A stretch of DNA of 63,953 bases, the filler included, from Olpidium bornovanus S191 (taxonomy: Eukaryota > Fungi > Olpidiomycota), in NCBI GenBank assembly GCA_017911155.1. It is 28 parts of 28 records of this genome, joined end to end, with 100 filler letters (N's around TTAATTAATTAA, not from the genome) between each part and the next. Parts side by side here need not be neighbours in the genome. Positions count along the whole stretch, not along the records: positions 58,768 to 60,926 come from JAEFCI010011882.1; positions 61,027 to 62,595 come from JAEFCI010012608.1; positions 62,696 to 63,953 come from JAEFCI010002172.1; 25 more parts are not named here. One strand, given 5' to 3'. Made by a program: the position numbers and the translations under genes. Positions 58,768 to 63,953 of the stretch are shown piece by piece (position 1 is the first letter of the stretch; every line of letters begins with the position of its first letter). Below the pieces are notes generated by a model. It worked only from the letters and a program-made list of their open reading frames with translations, did no database searches and was not told the DNA's origin.

Positions 58768-60630
58768 CTGAGCCTTGCTTGCAGTTGCTCTTTTGTGGAG
58801 CGACAATTGTCGAACTGTTGCAAGTGGGGGAGCACTGATTTTGTTCGTCGCCCTTCCCGCGTAATTATCGAAAAGGGATGATGCCATGCGAGAGCGACGA
58901 TGTATCAGTGTTCCTTGCTAGCCGTGCTTTAAGATTCACCCAGCGGCGCAGAACCGAACTCCTCGCCATGGCACGAGACGTCCTCACCAGCGCGGACGAG
59001 AACACTGTCGAGGTCACCGACGCGACGGAGCGGGGTACGTGCGTTGCTTCACGTTTCTCGGGCCGCTGTAGATGCGTCGTTCGCCATTCAGACGTTTCGT
59101 TTATAAAATCTACACTAGGTGGCCTGAATATCGCGAAGGAGGAGAAGGGGGGCGTCGGGACGGATTCGTTCTCGTCCGGCAAGGCCGGTAAGCCGGGGGT
59201 CGAGGGAAAAGAGGGCGTCGAGGACGGTGGCGGCGAGAACGGTATCCGGCTGGCCACGTGCCACATCACCGTCCAGACGCAGACGCTCGTCGAAATGGCC
59301 TACCAGACGCTGATGGAAATCTCCGGATCGGACGACCAGAAGTGCGTAGTTCTCTCGTTTCGCGAGTGCGCTTTTTCTATGCTTTGGCACCGCGTACCGG
59401 TATGCAGCAACGTGCAAATTCTCGCGGCGAAAGGCCTGTGCGAAACACCGCTTGAACGTGTCCGTCGCCACCCTCCCTGCGAACGTTTATTCAGGGCCAT
59501 CGAATTATTTTACTGCGCCCGCGACCTCTTCGACCTCTTCCGGGCGGTGGTGCCCGTGCACCGTGCGCGGGAGCTGGAGAACTCCCTGACGAGCTCCGTC
59601 CTCTTTTACAACGACTGCACTTACATCGTGCACCACCTTATTACCATGGGATACCAGTTTAAGCCGCGGCTGCTGCCACCGCTGAACCAGACGGCTACCA
59701 TGGTGGATATGATCCCGGCGTTCAGGAGGCTCGGGCAGGGCTGCTTCAGGGCACAGATGGTGCGTGTGGATCTTCTGCTTTTCGTCGGCTTGCCCGTGCC
59801 CTTGCTTCCGCCCTCGTTCTCTGAATTCCGGCGTTCGGATGTTCCATTCCGCAACGCCGCAGATACGGCAGCGCGACCTTCTGCTGGAGGCACTCCGATC
59901 TGCCGACGGCTTCGGCAACACCGACTCTGACGATCGCTTTGACAAGGTCGAAAGAGCCATCGGGCGCTGCACTTACCAGCTCACTGAGATTTCGAACAAG
60001 TGTAAGGTGCGTCGATCCGTCGTCCGTCGTTGTTGTTGTACTCGATCTCGATTTTTTTTTTCCCGTTCTTCTGAAAGTGATCTCCAGTTGATTCTTCCCT
60101 TGGAGCTGTATCTCAAGTCCCTCGGCATACTGCTCGGGTCTGCGCTGGAGGCGGTGATCGGGGAAGTCCTCAAACTGGAGTGCACCCGTGCCGAAGAGCT
60201 GCATCAGCTGCGGTATTTGTGCGGGATGTTCTCCCACACGGCCTGCACCGGAGGATGGTTCTGCATTTCGAAAATGGCCTCGGGATCGGGAGGCACGGCG
60301 GCGGGGATGCGGAAGATTGTTCAGAAGGTACGTACTGCAGGAGGGAATGGAGGGGGGCGGAGAGGGGAGAGGAGGAGGCAGCAACCTCCTTGCGGCACTA
60401 ACACAGAAATTCCACAATTTCGCATCCAGTTCCCCGTCGCAAAGTACTGCTCTGCCTGGGCCAAGTTTGAGGCGTGCTGCGAGCTGCTGGAGGTGTCCGC
60501 CGAGGAGTTCGCAGATAGGAGACGCGGGGCTCTCAAGGAACATTTTCTCGACGCGGAGCTAGACCGGTTGTTCAAGGTCCTGCACCCCAGCAAGGCGAAG
60601 ATGAAATCTCAACGGGTACCGGTTGGATGA
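58768..60630 (+). CDS. ZW10: Centromere/kinetochore and ER-tethering protein ZW10 (Dsl1 family), 3' half, multi-exon
   Basis: LVEMAYQTL; LFYCARDLFDLFRAVVPVH; LFYNDCTYIVHHLITMGYQF; TATMVDMIPAFRRLGQGCFRAQM; ILPLELYLKSLGILL; KYCSAWAKF closely track the ZW10 sequence as I recall it. Confidence 0.93.
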
Positions 60631-62695
60631 GACAGTCAGCGGGCGAAACCAGGGCTGATGGGATCCGCGGTTTTCGACCATCGAACGGCAGCGTCAAAGA
60701 GGGAGGCAGGGTGGGACACTTCGTCGCGCCGTTATTTTCGGTGGTCAACGAAGCAAGTCTCTCGCGGTTGCTCACCCCGGAACACCGAATAGTTTCCTTT
60801 TTTTTTTTTCGGACGGTCCGCTTGGCGGCGCCGGGCGGCGAAATGGGGGGGTTGGGGATAAGGGGGGGAGGGGGGGGGGGAGGGGGGGGGGGGCCCGGGG
60901 GGGGGGGAAGGGGGGGGACGGGGGGANNNNNNNNNNNNNNNNNNNNNNNNNNNNNNNNNNNNNNNNNNNNTTAATTAATTAANNNNNNNNNNNNNNNNNN
61001 NNNNNNNNNNNNNNNNNNNNNNNNNNCATGAGTTGTCAGAGCTCCTCATCCATTTCTCCAGGAGCAGCCGCGTGCTCCGCCAAGAGTTCCCGGATCGCGC
61101 GTCCCGCCCGCTGCGATGGCTCGCCTCAGCCACCTCTTCCGCCGTCTTCCTTTCTTCGGCCGTTGTAGAACCAACCGTCGTCGAGAAAGCCTTGGCTCGC
61201 GTCGAGGCAAGAGCACCCAGCCGCATTTCATCGACTTCCGGGTCATAAGCGATATTGCCCGATACGCGAAAAAGCAGAAGACTTGCCGACTTCTCGCCGC
61301 GCGGGCCCGTGTCCAAGCAAGGCCGATGCGCGTGCAACAATCGGCATAACCAGGCTCCCCCCCCCCTTGTGTCCAAAAAATCCAGCTTCTCACCCCTCCC
61401 CTCCCCGGCTGGCGGGAGCTCAAAGCAGACCAGCCTGTGCGCCATAGACGGTTTCGAGGTCCCTGGAAGACCCAGGTGACCTTTTCCCAGCCGGCAGCGA
61501 ATTCTCGCCATCCGGCAGCTTCCTCGCTGCCTCAGACCAAAGCGAAGCCGGCAGCGCCCGTATGATTTATTCAGTTTTGTTGAAAATGTGAGCTTATTCT
61601 CTTTTGTCCAGCTGGTCGTATTCCCCGTAGAATTCGCGGAAGATCAACTCTGGGTTCGCTGTGCTCTTCTGTTTTTTTTTTGCTTCCCATTCAGCGAGCC
61701 TCTTCGCTGTCATCCGTGTTTCGTCCCGCGCTCGGAAAACCTCTGTTAGTTGTTTTGTGGCCTGGGCCGCGCGCGTTTATTTGTTGCAACCCTGTCGTCA
61801 CAGTCCTCGTGGACGCTCAACTTGAAGTACCTCACGCACTCGACATCGGTTAGTTCCCACTGACAAATTGCCGCCTCAAAATGGCGCAGGTTGTTCAAAA
61901 TATTCTTTTAACGGAGCAGGCGTCCGTCCCGGTAAATTGTACCACGGCGGCCCGCACTTCGGCAGAGCGTATTTGTTCCATAAGCACCCAAACGTCCGCC
62001 ATTTGTTCCACGGTTCCGGCCTCGAACTTCAAGCTTCCTTCTCCCTCATCGGCCGTGCCCCGCACCCACCCCTGCCCCTTTTGACTCCTGCCCGGGAGCG
62101 CCAGTTATCGAGAGAACAAACTTCTTTCGAAAGGGATGGCAGCAGGAAAAGGGATGGCTAAGGAAGGTAAGGAAGGCCCTTGCTGCAGAAAGGCGAGGCC
62201 GATTGCCGCGGGGGGTAGAAGTGCGGCAGTGTGCGACCCACCCGACGGGCGCACCTACATTCGAAGGTCGCGTTATAATAATAGCTTATATAGTAAATCA
62301 TCGCTTTCTTCCCTACGTCCCGTCCCAAGGATCGCGCCGACAGCCCGTTCGGAAAGTATCGCAGAACAGTCGAGCGCGTGCAAAATGTTGTTTGGGGGGG
62401 AAGTGGGGTTACAGGAGGTGGGTGGGGAGACGACCACCCGCCCACCACCACGTGACCCCATGGAGTACAATTTTCTCCGACAGTGGCTGAGTTACGATAA
62501 TGTTTGTAGAACACCCTGGCACTAACTTCCTAGGAAACGGCGGACGCCTCGGCACGTATTTGATCTTGCACCGGCATAAACCGTCCCGGCACATGNNNNN
62601 NNNNNNNNNNNNNNNNNNNNNNNNNNNNNNNNNNNNNNNTTAATTAATTAANNNNNNNNNNNNNNNNNNNNNNNNNNNNNNNNNNNNNNNNNNNN

Positions 62696-62735
<40 letters not shown>

Positions 62736-63953
62736 GAGACTGAAGGGCGGCGGGCCGGGGGAGGGAGACGGCGAGGAAGAGAAAGAAAAAAAAAAAGAAG
62801 CCCACAAAAAAACAAAAAACAAAAGCGAAAACAAAAGCTTGTTCAGAGTGGTGTGCGGGGGAAAAGACAGAGAGAGAGAGAGAGAGTGAGAGTGAGAGTG
62901 AGAGTGAGAGAGTGAGAGAGAAGAGAGGAGGAGGAGGGGAGGGGGCGGGAGGGCCGAACATTTCCCCCAAAAACCACCAAGCCGCGAAAAGTTGTGTCGC
63001 CGGGCGCGGAGACCGGCCCACCCCCCTCGCCCTTCCCCCCATCGGGCCAACTATTGCCCCGCGAGCTGCCGGCCGCGTCGGTGGCGGTTGTTCGACTTTC
63101 TTTTGAGCCAGGCAGGAAAACGAAGGACGCGGAGTCGGCGCGGCGAAGCCTGTGAGGAAGGAGGCGGGGACCGAGGAGGGCCTTTTGTTTTCTTTTTGCT
63201 CCGGGGAGACGATTCTACTGTCTCCGGGCCTCTTTTTTCTGTTTGTGAGAAGTGGAAAAAAAAAATCCGTGTAGAAACCGCCGCCCCCGCTTTTCACCTT
63301 CGCGCGTGCGGGATCTGACCATCGAACGCCTCGGCGCCGGGGGAAGGAGAGGAGGGGGGGGGGGGGGAGGGGGGGGGGGGGGGGGGGGGGAAAGTCGCGT
63401 CCAGGTGGAATAGCCGGGTGTAGTCGCCTCGCGTCCCCGCCAGCGATTTCTCTGCACGCGTCTTCTCGTCCTTCCTCTCCTGTTTAAGCTTCCGTGCGGT
63501 TTACTCGTCGGCGTCGCCTCTCTTGTCTGACCACACGACCGGCGTACGCCTTCCCCCCCGTCTGCCAACCTAACTACTCTTCCGCATTCGCCCTTCCCGC
63601 TATCACCCAACGGCTGACTCTGGCGTTGGATGGCGTCGTCTTGTCGTCCGTGCATATGTGTTACCGTCCTCTTGGTGTGGCCGAGTGCGGCCTAGTTGAA
63701 TCTTAACACCATGAGTAACGGTAGGTTTCCTGAGCTCACGTATCTGTAGTCCCGGCGCGCTGATAGGATGGTCATGTGACCCGTTTGCCAGACACGCCGG
63801 GTGGGTGCGGCACCGCAGTGCGCCTCCCAAGCCATGTGATCCAGGCCGTCCCGGGGTCACCTTGGGTCCAACAGGGGGGGATCGTCGGGGTTTAACTCTC
63901 TCGCGCAGCTCAAAAAGGGCCTGTTTGCATCTCCTCGTTTTTTTTTTTTTTTC

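Noticed and set aside
61027-62595. Protein-like minus-strand exons (e.g. NPELIFREFYGEY, ELTDVECVRYFKLSVHED, VEQMADVWVLMEQIRS)
   Set aside because: Probably coding, but no family or reliable exon chain could be supported.

Overview
This is not one continuous locus. It is 28 short (about 1-4 kb) eukaryotic contigs joined by 27 artificial 100-bp spacers (N44-TTAATTAATTAA-N44, stops in all six frames), so neighbouring segments are unlinked. The DNA is intron-rich with GC-rich exons and long homopolymer and (GA)n/(TC)n tracts. Gene content (Svf1, Dnm1, Sec24, Ccc2-type Cu-ATPase, RPL39, RPL31, thiolase, rhomboid, CTL/SLC44, P5-ATPase, ZW10, a Tubby-domain protein) points to an early-diverging, probably flagellated fungus (inference). 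Almost all genes are partial. The most notable items are: an intronless compact ornithine-decarboxylase-fold gene with features I recall from chlorovirus/algal enzymes; a secreted PL14 lyase with an acidic N-terminal linker; a P5-ATPase with a signal peptide, a Cys-rich extracellular domain and an atypical M4 motif; a bacterial tsaE fragment fused to fungal DNA upstream of DNM1; nested copia elements with very short LTRs; a dispersed two-block repeat; and 12 of 55 contig ends falling exactly on CATG. All assignments come from motif recognition by eye. No database search was run, and exon boundaries not marked as exact are approximate.
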